A stretch of DNA of 64,000 bases from Patescibacteria group bacterium (GCA_040390725.1 JAZJXT010000001.1:85070-149069); one strand, 5' to 3'. Positions 11,608-22,503 are shown, counted from the first letter of the stretch. Notes: generated by a model from the letters alone, not told the origin. A program made the numbers and translations.

Positions 11608-14596
11608 CGAAGAATACAGAAAACTAAATAAAGCACAAAAGGAAGCTGTGGATAGTATCGACGGGCCGGTGATGGTGGTAGCGGGGCCGGGTACTGGGAA
11701 GACGCAGATTTTGGCTTTGAGGATAGCAAATATTTTAGAAAAAGCTGGTGCACAAGCAGATGAAATTTTGTGTCTGACTTTTACGAATTCCGGGGTGAAG
11801 GCGATGAAAAAAAGATTGGCGGAATACATAGGCAGTGATTCCGAAAAAGTTCGTATTTCGACATTTCACAGTTTTGGCATAAATTTAATCGAAAAAAATT
11901 ACGAGAATTTGGGTTTTAAAAAATTACCGACGCTCCTTTCCGACGATGAAGCAGTATTTCTCGTGGATGATATTTTGCAAAATAATGATTGGGAACATTT
12001 GCGTCCACGAGCAAATCCGGTAATGTATTTTTCTGATTTAAAACATTTAATTTCTATTTTAAAAAGAGAAGGCTTAAGTCCGGAAGAATTTTTGTCATTT
12101 GTCGAGGCGGACATAGAAAATTTGAAAAATGATCCGGAAAATATTTCTTCGAGAGGCGAGACAAAAGGACAATTAAAAAAAGAAATTAAAACAAAAATAG
12201 AATCCCTCGAACGCACGCGTGAAGTTGTGGAATTTTACAGAATTTATGAAGAGAAAAAACTCGAAAATGGATTGATGGATTATGACGACATTTTGGCTTA
12301 TACTGTCCGGCTCGCAGGTGAGTTTGAAGATATCAGCGCCGACATAAAAGAAAATTATCAATATATTTTGGTGGACGAACATCAAGACTCGAGCGGTGTG
12401 CAAAATAATTTCTTGAAAGCTGTCTGGAAAGGCGAAGAGAAGCCGAATATTTTCGTAGTAGGGGATGACAGACAATTGATTTACGGTTTTTCTGGCGCTT
12501 CGATGTCGTATTTTGAAGAATTTGCGCATATTTTCGGTAAAGCAAAACAAATTACTCTTACTGAGAATTATCGCTCTACTCAAAATATTTTAGACTTGGC
12601 GGATGATTTGTTAAAGAGTTCTATTACCAATGAAAACTTAAAAAGCAATACAAAAGGTAAAGAAAAAATAAATTTAAATGAATATGATTATCCGCGTGAT
12701 GAAATATTGGGCGCAGGTTTGTATTTCAAGAATAAAATTGAAAAAAAAGAATTAAAAATGGAAGACTGCGCAATACTCGTGCCGAAGAATTATCACGTGC
12801 GAAATGCCATAGAAATACTGCACAATATGGGTGTGCCTGTTTCTGCTGGCAAGAATTTGTCATTATTTGATGTGTCGGAAACACAAAGCTTGTTACGAGT
12901 TTTGAATATTACAGCAAAGCCATATGACAGTATTCCTCTTTCGGAATCATTGCTTGATAAATACAGCGGTATAGGCGCTTTTTCTGCGCATAAATTTTTA
13001 AAATCCCTGAAACCGGATAAATTAAATATTGAAAACTTGATATCAGAAGGCAAAGACGGTGGGCTTTTTGCCGGAGAAAATGCAATTTCAAAATGGGGAA
13101 GTAAATTAAAAAATTGGATTGATACTTTATCCAATGAAAAACTTTCGGTAGTAGTCAGCACTATCGGCAATGAATTTTTAATTGATCAATCAAAAACTCA
13201 CGAAGAGTTGATACGCAACGTCGAAGTTGTGCGCAGTTTTATACATATAGCAATGCTTTTTGAGCAGAAAAATAAAAATAAAGGTTTAGTAGAATTTTTG
13301 GAATATTTCAGAAGGTTGGAAAGCTATGGTAGTCACATTTCACTTGCGACTTTTGGCGCAGAGAGCGGTGTGCAAGTTATGACTTTGCATAAATCAAAAG
13401 GGCTCGAATATAAAGCTGTTTGGATAGCGCATATGAATGAAGAAGTGATAATGTCCGAAAAGAAAAATGGTTTTACTTTGCCGGAAGAAGTTAAGAAGCG
13501 ACTCGCCGAGAAGGATATTGAATCAGTAAAAAGGGAGCTGTATGTGGCTATTACTCGCGCGAAAGAGTTTTGTAATATATCGTATTCTGCGGAGAATTAT
13601 ACCGGTGGAGAGATGGAGCTCGCACATATCATCCGCGAATTGCCGGAAAATCATTTTATAAAAAAGACACAAGAAGAAACAGAAAAAGAAATTTTAGCAC
13701 ACGGTCCGCAAATATACACGAAAGTTGTAAAAAATAAGGAAGGAAATATCTTGGAAGATATAAAAACTTTTGTACGAGAAAATTATTCGGATAGTAAAGT
13801 TTCCGTGTCATTGCTGAATAATTTTTTCGAATGTCCTTGGAAATGGTATTTTAGAAATTTTTTGAAATTACCGGAAGTGAAAAGTTCGTCACTAGGACTC
13901 GGCTCCGCAGTGCACAGCACGATAGAATTTATTTTGAAATCTGCCGAAGCAAGGCTTCGGCAGAAAGTTTCGCAAAAAGAAATTTATGAAAAGATACTAT
14001 TTGAGTTGGAAAAAGAAGGAGTTAGTAATGAAACAGAATTAAAGAAATTAGCAAAAGATGCGGAGAATGCAGTATTGTATTGGGTGGAGAATTATTATAA
14101 AACTTTGGCGAAAGATTATATGTCGGAAAGGTCATTGCAATTCCGTGATGCAAAATTCCCGGAGCTTTTGATGTATGGAAAATTGGACTTAACGGAGAGA
14201 TTGGAAAATGGCGATGTGGTTATCACTGATTTTAAAACCGGCAGTGTGAAAACAAAAAATACAATAGAAAAAATCGACGAAGAGGGTAGGCTTTCGACAT
14301 TGATGCGCCAGCTTGCGATGTATTCATACCTCGTCGCGGGCGCAGAGCGGGGCAGAGATGTGTATGCCTCCAAACTTCTTTTCCTTGAGGCAAAAAAGGA
14401 CGACAAAAACGCTTTGTATTCTACGCACATAGATATAGAACAAATAGATTTGTTGATAAAAGATATAAGGGATTATGACAATCTTCTAAAAATAGGTGAT
14501 TGGGTAAATAGACCTTGCAACTATAATTCGTATGGCAAAAATACCAAATGTGAGTATTGCAAAAGAGCTGAAATATATATGCACCAAAGTATTTAA
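11594..14596 (+). CDS. UvrD/PcrA-family helicase fused to C-terminal PD-(D/E)XK nuclease
   Basis: AGPGTGKT, VDEHQD, VGDDRQLIY, ENYRS, TLHKSKGLE, YVAITRA; GKLD..DFKTG..QLAMY nuclease motifs. Confidence 0.92.
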   Translation: MQKFNEEYRKLNKAQKEAVDSIDGPVMVVAGPGTGKTQILALRIANILEKAGAQADEILCLTFTNSGVKAMKKRLAEYIGSDSEKVRISTFHSFGINLIEKNYENLGFKKLPTLLSDDEAVFLVDDILQNNDWEHLRPRANPVMYFSDLKHLISILKREGLSPEEFLSFVEADIENLKNDPENISSRGETKGQLKKEIKTKIESLERTREVVEFYRIYEEKKLENGLMDYDDILAYTVRLAGEFEDISADIKENYQYILVDEHQDSSGVQNNFLKAVWKGEEKPNIFVVGDDRQLIYGFSGASMSYFEEFAHIFGKAKQITLTENYRSTQNILDLADDLLKSSITNENLKSNTKGKEKINLNEYDYPRDEILGAGLYFKNKIEKKELKMEDCAILVPKNYHVRNAIEILHNMGVPVSAGKNLSLFDVSETQSLLRVLNITAKPYDSIPLSESLLDKYSGIGAFSAHKFLKSLKPDKLNIENLISEGKDGGLFAGENAISKWGSKLKNWIDTLSNEKLSVVVSTIGNEFLIDQSKTHEELIRNVEVVRSFIHIAMLFEQKNKNKGLVEFLEYFRRLESYGSHISLATFGAESGVQVMTLHKSKGLEYKAVWIAHMNEEVIMSEKKNGFTLPEEVKKRLAEKDIESVKRELYVAITRAKEFCNISYSAENYTGGEMELAHIIRELPENHFIKKTQEETEKEILAHGPQIYTKVVKNKEGNILEDIKTFVRENYSDSKVSVSLLNNFFECPWKWYFRNFLKLPEVKSSSLGLGSAVHSTIEFILKSAEARLRQKVSQKEIYEKILFELEKEGVSNETELKKLAKDAENAVLYWVENYYKTLAKDYMSERSLQFRDAKFPELLMYGKLDLTERLENGDVVITDFKTGSVKTKNTIEKIDEEGRLSTLMRQLAMYSYLVAGAERGRDVYASKLLFLEAKKDDKNALYSTHIDIEQIDLLIKDIRDYDNLLKIGDWVNRPCNYNSYGKNTKCEYCKRAEIYMHQSI
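13940..13964. repeat. 25-bp palindromic element TCTGCCGAAG-CAAGG-CTTCGGCAGA inside helicase-nuclease gene
   Basis: Exact reverse complement of 1105-1129. Confidence 0.9.
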
Positions 14597-14626
14597 TTGC
14601 GCGTATAATATGTTACGATTACTAAA

Positions 14627-15835
14627 ATGAATACAGCAGACATATTACATGAAACATATTCATCACTTTCCGCAAACAAAGCGCGGTCGGGCTTGACGAT
14701 GCTCGGCATTGTTATAGGCATTGCTTCAGTTATCGCGATGGTGTCTATTGGTAACGGCGCCAAGGAATCTATTCAGTCCAGTATCGAAGGACTCGGTTCG
14801 AATTTGCTGACTATTTTACCCGGCATTGTCCAGCCTGGACGAGGGATAGTTTCATCAGGGCGAGGCACGGCGCAAACTTTAAAAAATGAAGATATTGATG
14901 TTATAAAAAACCTTGATGGAGTGGCGGCAGTTTCACCGGAAGTTTCCCGTCGTTTCCAGGTAGTGGCTTCGGGCAACAATACAAACACAACCATCACTGG
15001 AGCAACAGCGGATTATGTAACAGTGCATAATATAAGTATAGAAAATGGGGATTTTATTTCTGAAGCGAATCAAAGAAGTCTCGGCAGGCAAGCAGTCTTG
15101 GGCGCTACTGTTGCTACTGACTTATTTCCAGATCAAGATCCGTTAGGGAAAACTGTCAGAATAAATAAAGTAAATTTTAATGTGATAGGAGTTTTGACTG
15201 CAAAGGGCGGGGCTGGATTTTCCGGGCCGGATGATATGATTTTTGTTCCGCTTTCCACAATGCAGAAGATTTTATCCGGTGTTGATTATCTTTCTACTCT
15301 TTCTGTTTCAGTAGCTAATAAAGATCAAATGGCAGAAGTAAAAGACGCTGCTACGAATGCATTGCTCGATAAGCACAATGTTTCTGAGGCTGATTTTTCA
15401 ATAATTTCCCAAGAAGATATTTTAGGTACCTTATCCACTGTTATAAATACTTTTACAATTTTTCTTGCTTCGATTGCTTCTATTTCACTGCTCGTTGGTG
15501 GAATTGGAATTATGAATATGATGCTTACGACTGTGACTGAACGTACAAAAGAAATTGGCTTACGTAAAGCTATTGGTGCAAAAAGGCAAGACATCAGTAC
15601 TCAGTTTTTATCAGAAGCTGTAGCTTTAACATTTGTAGGTGGAGCTGTGGGCGTAGCATTGGGTTGGCTTATATCATTTGCTGTGACGTCGGCTGGTATT
15701 TTACAGACGCAAGTTTCTTTTTCTTCCGTGCTTTTGGCTTTCGGAGTTTCAGCAGGTATCGGTATTATTTTTGGATATTATCCCGCGCGTCGAGCGGCAA
15801 TGTTAAATCCGATTGATGCTTTGAGGTATGAATAA
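14627..15835 (+). CDS. MacB/FtsX-family ABC transporter permease
   Basis: RSGLTMLGIVIGIASV, GGIGIMNMMLTTVTERTKEIGLRKAIGA, PIDALRYE. Confidence 0.93.
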   Translation: MNTADILHETYSSLSANKARSGLTMLGIVIGIASVIAMVSIGNGAKESIQSSIEGLGSNLLTILPGIVQPGRGIVSSGRGTAQTLKNEDIDVIKNLDGVAAVSPEVSRRFQVVASGNNTNTTITGATADYVTVHNISIENGDFISEANQRSLGRQAVLGATVATDLFPDQDPLGKTVRINKVNFNVIGVLTAKGGAGFSGPDDMIFVPLSTMQKILSGVDYLSTLSVSVANKDQMAEVKDAATNALLDKHNVSEADFSIISQEDILGTLSTVINTFTIFLASIASISLLVGGIGIMNMMLTTVTERTKEIGLRKAIGAKRQDISTQFLSEAVALTFVGGAVGVALGWLISFAVTSAGILQTQVSFSSVLLAFGVSAGIGIIFGYYPARRAAMLNPIDALRYE

Positions 15836-15855
15836 ATTATAAATAAAAAAAATAT

Positions 15856-16302
15856 ATGAATAAAGAAAATAAAAATAAAAAAATAGTTGGCTTGGTTTTG
15901 TGTGCTGTGATTTTAGCAGTTGTTTCTTTTTATGCAGGCATGAGATATGGTGGAAATAATGTTCAGGCTGCTATAAATAGCAGGGGTCAAAATTTTGGAC
16001 AATATGGAGGGATGAACGGTGGAATGAATGGGGGAATGCGAGGCATGCGCAGTGGCGGTGGCTTTGTAAATGGTGAAATTCTCTCGAAAGATGCGCAAAG
16101 TATTACTGTAAAAACTCAAGATGGCGGTTCTAAAATAGTTTTTTATACAGACAAAACTACAGTCATGAAGACAGTAGAAGGGGCGGTTTCTGATTTGGTT
16201 GTAGGTGTTAAAGTTGCTATAATAGGTGTAGCGAACTCTGACGGTAGTGTAAATGCAAATTCAGTGCAGATTCGAAACAGCCAGCAGGCAAGCAGTCAAT
16301 AA
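15856..16302 (+). CDS. Membrane-anchored DUF5666-like OB-fold protein
   Basis: N-terminal TM, Gly/Met linker, GEILSKD..SDLVVG..GSVNANSV. Confidence 0.65.
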   Translation: MNKENKNKKIVGLVLCAVILAVVSFYAGMRYGGNNVQAAINSRGQNFGQYGGMNGGMNGGMRGMRSGGGFVNGEILSKDAQSITVKTQDGGSKIVFYTDKTTVMKTVEGAVSDLVVGVKVAIIGVANSDGSVNANSVQIRNSQQASSQ

Positions 16303-16305
16303 TAA

Positions 16306-16701
16306 ATGGAAGAAAAAGAACAAAAAAAATGGCGAGAAGCAAAAGCACATAAGCGACTTTTAAATGCATTTAGGGGCTTGTATGTTTTTGTTGCCAGGGA
16401 GGAGCATTGGTTTTTGCCGGCATCTATTTTTTTACTTATTTTAGTTATTATTGGGTCAGGTATTTATTTTAGAATTTCAGAGTTTGAATGGATTTCTCTT
16501 GTTATTGTTATTGGTTTTCTTATTGTTACTGAAGTATTTAATACTGCTATTGAAATAGATATAGATTTAACTTCTCCTGAGTATCATCCATACGCACGCG
16601 ACACCAAAGATGTAGCTGCCGGAGCAGTGGCGTTCGCTGGAATAGTTGCTTTAATTGTTGTATTTATTATCTTCTTGCCGAAGATTTTAAGTTTGCTTTA
16701 A
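16306..16701 (+). CDS. dgkA: Diacylglycerol/undecaprenol kinase
   Basis: EVFNTAIE and KDVAAGAV motifs, 3 TM. Confidence 0.88.
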   Translation: MEEKEQKKWREAKAHKRLLNAFRGLYVFVAREEHWFLPASIFLLILVIIGSGIYFRISEFEWISLVIVIGFLIVTEVFNTAIEIDIDLTSPEYHPYARDTKDVAAGAVAFAGIVALIVVFIIFLPKILSLL

Positions 16702-16726
16702 AATTATAAATTGTTAGTATTAAATT

Positions 16727-17110
16727 ATGAAACAAACAACAATATTTTTTAGTGTGATAATAGTTTTGATTTTAGGCAGTATTATGACCTTTTTGGTAAA
16801 TAATAAGCAGGATAATACACTCAGTAGGTATGATACTTTTGCTCAATGTTTAAAGGATAAAGGTGCCACTTTTTATGGAGCTTTTTGGTGTCCGCATTGT
16901 AAGGCTGAGAAAAAACTTTTTGGAACTTCTGTACATCTTTTGCCTTATGTTGAATGTTCCACTTCAAATGGCAGTGCTCAGACTCAAATTTGCATAGATA
17001 AAAAAATAACAGGTTATCCGACTTGGGAATTTATTGATGGATCACGTCTGACGGGAGAAGTAGCCCTCGACAAGCTTGCTGACAAAACGCAATGCATTTT
17101 ACCTCAGTAA
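16727..17110 (+). CDS. Membrane-anchored thioredoxin-fold protein (VKOR-partner type)
   Basis: FYGAFWCPHC, YVEC, GYPTW. Confidence 0.85.
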   Translation: MKQTTIFFSVIIVLILGSIMTFLVNNKQDNTLSRYDTFAQCLKDKGATFYGAFWCPHCKAEKKLFGTSVHLLPYVECSTSNGSAQTQICIDKKITGYPTWEFIDGSRLTGEVALDKLADKTQCILPQ

Positions 17111-17116
17111 AAAATT

Positions 17117-17662
17117 ATGAATCTCGACAATGTGCATTACTTGAATATGTTTCTAGGAATGGGCGCAATTGTCTTGCAAATTTTTGCAGTTGTTTCTTTA
17201 CTTATTTTATTTTTTGGTCCAAAGAAAAATTCTTTTTTTGATTATCTTGAGAAACATTTTTTAGCTATTTGTTTTTTAATTTCTCTGATAGCTACATTTT
17301 TTTCTTTGGTTTATTCTGAGATAGTGCATTTTGCGCCTTGTTATTTGTGTTGGTATCAAAGGATTTTTCTTTTCCCACAAGTTATTCTTTTTGGCATAGC
17401 ATTCTGGGATAAAGATAAAAAAGTCATTAGATATTCTTTGCCTCTTTTGTGTATTGGTTTTGTTTTTTCTATTTATCAAAATTTAATGTATTATTTCGGA
17501 GAAACTGGCTCTGTGCCTTGTGATTCTTCGGGTGTATCTTGTTACCAACAATTAATTTCTGAATTTGGCGGATACATTTCATTCCCAATGCTTTCTTTGA
17601 CTGCATATTTTACTATTCTTGTTTTGATTCTAATAGTGCATTTTAGACAGAAAAGTAGATAA
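17117..17662 (+). CDS. DsbB/BdbC disulfide bond formation protein
   Basis: PCYLCWYQRI motif, second Cys pair, several TM. Confidence 0.88.
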   Translation: MNLDNVHYLNMFLGMGAIVLQIFAVVSLLILFFGPKKNSFFDYLEKHFLAICFLISLIATFFSLVYSEIVHFAPCYLCWYQRIFLFPQVILFGIAFWDKDKKVIRYSLPLLCIGFVFSIYQNLMYYFGETGSVPCDSSGVSCYQQLISEFGGYISFPMLSLTAYFTILVLILIVHFRQKSR

Positions 17663-17804
17663 TATTTTCCAATATTTAAGGGACTTTATGTAGTTTTCCA
17701 CTTTTTTTCCACTTAGGGTCTTTTGTGTTTTTTAATATAGTGATAAAATTATTATATGGGGTCGAAACCTATATTAAAAATTATTATTAATTATTAAAAA
17801 TATT

Positions 17805-18740
17805 ATGAATTTTAAAAAGTTATCTTATGTTCTTGCGTTTGTTTTGATGTTTTCATGCTTGGCTTTTGTCGGTTCAGTAAAAGCTGATAATGAAAATAAT
17901 AATGGTAATGAGGATAGTATGAAGCATGCCAAAGAAGCCCATGATAACGGTTCTACTTTGGAGGTGCATATTTATGACAATGGCAAAGTTTTGGTTCGTG
18001 GAGCAAAAGTCACTGGTGTTTCTGGTACTGTTGTTTCTGCGTACACGACTTGGGGTTCTGTCACTTTGAATTGGGCGGTGAATGCTGGCACTGGTTCAAA
18101 AGTTATCAGAAAATACGGGGGAGTTTCTTCAGTATCTGAAGTATCTGTAGGAGACTTTATCAGTTTTCATGGAGATTTGGTAACGACAGCAGGAACACCT
18201 TTGACAGTGAATGCTGACACGATGAAGGACTGGTCTATTCAAAAGAAGGGCGCTTCTTTGAATGGTATGGTTAAGAGTGTTGATGCTGTAGGTATGAAAT
18301 TTGTTTTATCTAATGAAGATAGGGCTGATGTAACTGTGATGGTGACATCTTCTACTAAGATCATGAAGGGTGATATGGTAGGAACTTTTGCTGATATTGT
18401 TGTGGGTGCGAAAGTTTCCGCTCGAGGAGTGTTAAATACTTTGACCAATACTCTTACAGCAGATTTGGTAAAAGTAAATGTGCCAAAAATGGAACGCACT
18501 GTAATGGGAGGGACCATAAAATCTCTTTCTGTAACTGCTTCTCCAATGACTTTGGTGATGACATCAGGAGATAAAGATTACACAGTTAATTTTGCATCTG
18601 ATACTTCTGTCTTGAATGCTCTTTGGCTTCGTGTAGGTCTTTCTACTTTGCGAGTCGGGGATTCTGTTCAAGTTTACGGTATGTTCAATATAAACATGAC
18701 TGTTGACGCGACAGTAGTCAGAGATACAAGTCTTAAGTAA
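17805..18740 (+). CDS. Secreted multi-DUF5666-like protein
   Basis: Signal peptide; three repeats of the G..V..v..T..i.VG..V...G OB-like unit. Confidence 0.65.
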   Translation: MNFKKLSYVLAFVLMFSCLAFVGSVKADNENNNGNEDSMKHAKEAHDNGSTLEVHIYDNGKVLVRGAKVTGVSGTVVSAYTTWGSVTLNWAVNAGTGSKVIRKYGGVSSVSEVSVGDFISFHGDLVTTAGTPLTVNADTMKDWSIQKKGASLNGMVKSVDAVGMKFVLSNEDRADVTVMVTSSTKIMKGDMVGTFADIVVGAKVSARGVLNTLTNTLTADLVKVNVPKMERTVMGGTIKSLSVTASPMTLVMTSGDKDYTVNFASDTSVLNALWLRVGLSTLRVGDSVQVYGMFNINMTVDATVVRDTSLK

Positions 18741-18758
18741 AATGATTTAAGCATTTTA

Positions 18759-18793
18759 TAAAAACAGCCTCCACTTGGGGGCTGTTTTTATTT
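18759..18793 (+). terminator. Intrinsic terminator
   Basis: AAAACAGCCTCC..GGGGGCTGTTTTT. Confidence 0.8.
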
Positions 18794-18809
18794 GTGTTAT
18801 AATTAACTT

Positions 18810-19343
18810 ATGGAATCAGAACCATTAGACAGTTTATTGCTTTCAAGCAATCTCCAAATGGAGGAAGGTAGTAAAAATAAATCGACAGAATATTACCTTG
18901 AACAATACAGGGTCTATCTTCATATTTTTAATGATACTAATGACCGCAGACAAAAAGCAAATGAATTTTTTCTAGGATTAAATACAGCTATCATGGGTGT
19001 ATTGGGATATTTGGAGGCAAAAGAAGCGCCACATAACTCAATAATTTTTGCCCTAGTTCCATTTGTCGGTGCTGGCATTTGTTCTTGTTGGTACAGTATT
19101 ATTCATTCTTTTAAGCAATTAAATCGAGCGAAATTTAAAGTTATTCACATGCTTGAGAGTAAATTACCTGCTCAGCCATTTGCAAAAGAGTGGGAAATTC
19201 TTGGTCAAGAAAAAAATAGAAAGAAATATCATCCGATATCAAAACTTGAAAAACACATTCCAATTATTTTCACTTTATTGTATGTTATTTTTATTCTTTC
19301 CGGCGTGCCTTGGAAAGAAATCTACCATTTATTGCTGAAATAG
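18810..19343 (+). CDS. Small 3-TM membrane protein (RipA-like family)
   Basis: EQY..RRQKANEFF..LN, W...I.SFKQLN.AKF.VI..LE..LP..PF..EW, E..IP..F. Confidence 0.6.
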   Translation: MESEPLDSLLLSSNLQMEEGSKNKSTEYYLEQYRVYLHIFNDTNDRRQKANEFFLGLNTAIMGVLGYLEAKEAPHNSIIFALVPFVGAGICSCWYSIIHSFKQLNRAKFKVIHMLESKLPAQPFAKEWEILGQEKNRKKYHPISKLEKHIPIIFTLLYVIFILSGVPWKEIYHLLLK

Positions 19344-19364
19344 TTTTTATGCTATAATGTCCGG

Positions 19365-20897
19365 ATGGAAACAGGTAGAACTAAAATACTTATCTTAGAC
19401 CTTGGTTCGCAATATACCCAAGTAATACGACGTTCTTTGCGTTATTTAGGCTTTCATTCGACTGTTATTGCACCTGAAAAAGCATTGGAATGGGCGCAAA
19501 TGAATAAACCAAAGGGGATAATCCTTTCGGGTGGTAGTGCTAGTGTTTATGATAATGATGCGCCGAAAATACCAAAAGAATTGCTTGATTTAGGTGTGCC
19601 GGTTTTGGGTATTTGTTTTGGTATGCAGTGGATGGCTTATGTGAATGATGGTACTGCAGTGCAGAAAGTCTTGGAAGGAAAGTCATATGGACCAGTAGAA
19701 GTTGCTTTAGGGAAAAGTAAACTTTTTTCAGGATTAAAAGAAAATTTAAATGCATGGTCTAGTCATGGTGATTCTGTAAAGCATGCACCGGAAGGCTGGG
19801 TGATAACTGCGACTTCAAAAAATGGTACCGTGAATGAAGCGATGGAAAATGTCGCAAAGAATTATTATGCAGTGCAATTTCATCCGGAAGTAGAACAAAC
19901 AGAAGATGAAAATATTATTTTAAATAATTTTATGCAAGTTTGTAATTGTGTTCAAGATTATTCCAAAAAAGACGCTATCGAAGAAATTAGAGAAAATACT
20001 AAAAAAGTTTTAGGTGACGGCACAGCTATCATCGGTGTATCCGGCGGAGTGGATTCTACCGCATTGGCTGCGATACTTGCGCCGGCTCTCGGTGATAAGT
20101 TAAAAGCATTTTTAATAGATACTGGTGGGATGCGCAAAGGAGAAATAGAGAAAGTAAAAGAAATGACTAAAAAAGCCGGTATAACTTTGGAAGTTATAGA
20201 AAAATATAAAGAAAAATTTGTACAAAAAATAAGCGAGACTATAGACGCCGAAGAGAAACGAGCGCGTTTCAGGGAAGTGTATGGAGAAGTTTTCAAAGAT
20301 GTTGCGCATTCATACGGAGCGACGCATATGATACAAGGGACCCTCGCTACGGATTTGATAGAGTCAGGTAGTATGGGGAATTCCGCTTTGATAAAAACTC
20401 ATCACAATGTTAATCTGGATTTGGGGCTTACTGAAATAATGCCCTTGTCGGATTATTTTAAATTTGAAATTCGCGCATTTGCGCACGAGTTCGGCCTTGA
20501 TGAACTAGTATCAAAACGTCAGCCATTTCCAGGACCCGGTTTATATTTGCGTGTTGTGGGTGTGCCCGTCACGGAAGAACTCTTGGAAGTTGTCCGCGAA
20601 GCGGATTATGCTGTGGCGGAAATTTTGAAAAAACACGGAGTGTATGAAAAAATAGCACAGACTATTGTTGCTCTACTCGGTGTGAAAACTGTTGGTGTGA
20701 AAGGGGATGGCAGAGTTTATGGATATTCATTAGTTATTCGTACTGTAGAAACTACAGACTTTATGACAGTCAAAGGTTATTATTTATCACCTGAAGTTTG
20801 TGAAGAAATAACCAGCGCCCTCATCAAGCATCCGCAAATAGTCCGCGTCCTTTACGATTGGACTTCTAAACCTCCAGCTACGACAGAATTTGAGTAA
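19365..20897 (+). CDS. guaA: GMP synthase (glutamine-hydrolysing)
   Basis: DLGSQY, GICFGMQ, QFHPEV, SGGVDS, IKTHHNV, PFPGPGL, KPPATTEFE. Confidence 0.98.
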   Translation: METGRTKILILDLGSQYTQVIRRSLRYLGFHSTVIAPEKALEWAQMNKPKGIILSGGSASVYDNDAPKIPKELLDLGVPVLGICFGMQWMAYVNDGTAVQKVLEGKSYGPVEVALGKSKLFSGLKENLNAWSSHGDSVKHAPEGWVITATSKNGTVNEAMENVAKNYYAVQFHPEVEQTEDENIILNNFMQVCNCVQDYSKKDAIEEIRENTKKVLGDGTAIIGVSGGVDSTALAAILAPALGDKLKAFLIDTGGMRKGEIEKVKEMTKKAGITLEVIEKYKEKFVQKISETIDAEEKRARFREVYGEVFKDVAHSYGATHMIQGTLATDLIESGSMGNSALIKTHHNVNLDLGLTEIMPLSDYFKFEIRAFAHEFGLDELVSKRQPFPGPGLYLRVVGVPVTEELLEVVREADYAVAEILKKHGVYEKIAQTIVALLGVKTVGVKGDGRVYGYSLVIRTVETTDFMTVKGYYLSPEVCEEITSALIKHPQIVRVLYDWTSKPPATTEFE

Positions 20898-21029
20898 CTG
20901 AAAGGTAATGCTTGATTTTTGTGCTTTTTATGCTATTCTATTTTAGAAGGTAAGAAACCGCCCCTTTTTTACTTAATGTAGAAAAAATCGGCTCAATAGT
21001 TCGTTTAAATTTTTAAAGGAAAACAAATC

Positions 21030-21785
21030 ATGAGTAATGAAACAGATTCCGAAAAACTGAGCTTGCAGGAAAGAATGCAACAGCTCGGGTCACTCACAGG
21101 CTTTATCGTTGATTTTTTAGCAACATTGTTGTCTGTACAAGAAGTTAGTTATTGGCTTGGCCACAAAAAAGAGTTAAAGAAAAAAATCCGTGAGGTTTTT
21201 GTACTTGATGAATATTTTGATATTCGACAAGAATGGCAAAAATTTTATAAAGATTTTTTAGGATGGGATGTAGATTTTAGCCGAGTAATAATTCCTGTGT
21301 TGCCTATTAATAAAAAGTTCAAGTATCGTTTGATTTTTATTGCAAATGGTCTTAGACTTAATGAGGTTTTCGATGCTTGGGATTTTACAAAGCATAAAGA
21401 TCAATATTTTGGTGATCTTGATAAGGAAATATCAAAAAATGCTCGTAATGCAGATAAAAATTATGCTATATGGGTGGTAGCTAGCGTAACTCCTACGCAT
21501 AAATTTTTAGGCGGTGATTCTTACAAGGTTGGTAAGATTATGCATGATTGTATTACTCTTTTAGAAATGATGGTTTTTGCAGCTAAGTATTTCTCTGAAA
21601 CAGGCAAGCACCTTGAAGGTGTTACCGACTGCAGTGGCTCGCGTCGTGGTAATTTTGAAGATGATGGCGATGTTCCTTCTATTTTTACGATGACTTCCGT
21701 ATTTAAAAATGCGTTAGCGGTACATTATTCACGCTTAAACAAACTACCCAGTAAAGTTAATATTCTTCGTTATGTAGTTGCCTAA
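21030..21785 (+). CDS. Hypothetical protein
   Basis: 251-aa ORF with AAAGGA Shine-Dalgarno and upstream promoter-like TGCTATTCT. Confidence 0.7.
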   Translation: MSNETDSEKLSLQERMQQLGSLTGFIVDFLATLLSVQEVSYWLGHKKELKKKIREVFVLDEYFDIRQEWQKFYKDFLGWDVDFSRVIIPVLPINKKFKYRLIFIANGLRLNEVFDAWDFTKHKDQYFGDLDKEISKNARNADKNYAIWVVASVTPTHKFLGGDSYKVGKIMHDCITLLEMMVFAAKYFSETGKHLEGVTDCSGSRRGNFEDDGDVPSIFTMTSVFKNALAVHYSRLNKLPSKVNILRYVVA

Positions 21786-21864
21786 TTTTTTTACAACACG
21801 TACTTCTTTGATTTACGTGTTTTCTTTTTGCCGATTTTGTTTGTGGGTGTGTTAAAATTAGTTA

Positions 21865-22503
21865 ATGCAAGATCTTACAAAAAAAGAAATAGCGTTAATG
21901 AAGAAATTAAAAACACCGGCTTTGGTGCAGGATTTTTTGAATAGTTTGAAGTTTAATTTTGAAATAGATGCAAAGGGTAATAATACTGGGGATGTTGTAA
22001 AGTCTCCTTTGTTGGTTTTGCGCGAGGGGAATGCGCATTGTTTGGAAGGCGCTATATTGGGAGCTTATATACTGTCCTTGCATGGCTATAAGCCTTTATT
22101 ATTGCATTTAAAAACTACTAAAGGGGATTTTGATCATATCGTGGCGCCTTTTAAGGAGGATGGTCTTTGGGGCGCATTGTCGAAAACTAATCACGCAGTG
22201 CTTCGGTATCGTGAGCCAATTTATAAAAATATCCGTGAATTGGTGATGTCATATTTTCATGAATATTTTTTAGATGACGGCAGGAAAACTTTGCGACAAT
22301 ATTCCGCCTTGCTTGATTTAAATATTTTTGAAAAAGGTTGGGAAACAGAAAATGAAAATCTTTGGGGCATAGATGAAGAATTGGATAAAATAAAACATTA
22401 CGACATTGCACATAAAAAAGTTTTTAAAAAACTGCGTAAGGCTGATAAAGTGGAAATAGAAGCGGGGAAGGTGGTGGAATACAAAAAAGATGCAAAAAGG
22501 TAA
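21865..22503 (+). CDS. Conserved hypothetical, transglutaminase-like Cys-His protein
   Basis: AHCLEGA, DFDHIVA, WGALSKTNH..LRYREP. Confidence 0.65.
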   Translation: MQDLTKKEIALMKKLKTPALVQDFLNSLKFNFEIDAKGNNTGDVVKSPLLVLREGNAHCLEGAILGAYILSLHGYKPLLLHLKTTKGDFDHIVAPFKEDGLWGALSKTNHAVLRYREPIYKNIRELVMSYFHEYFLDDGRKTLRQYSALLDLNIFEKGWETENENLWGIDEELDKIKHYDIAHKKVFKKLRKADKVEIEAGKVVEYKKDAKR

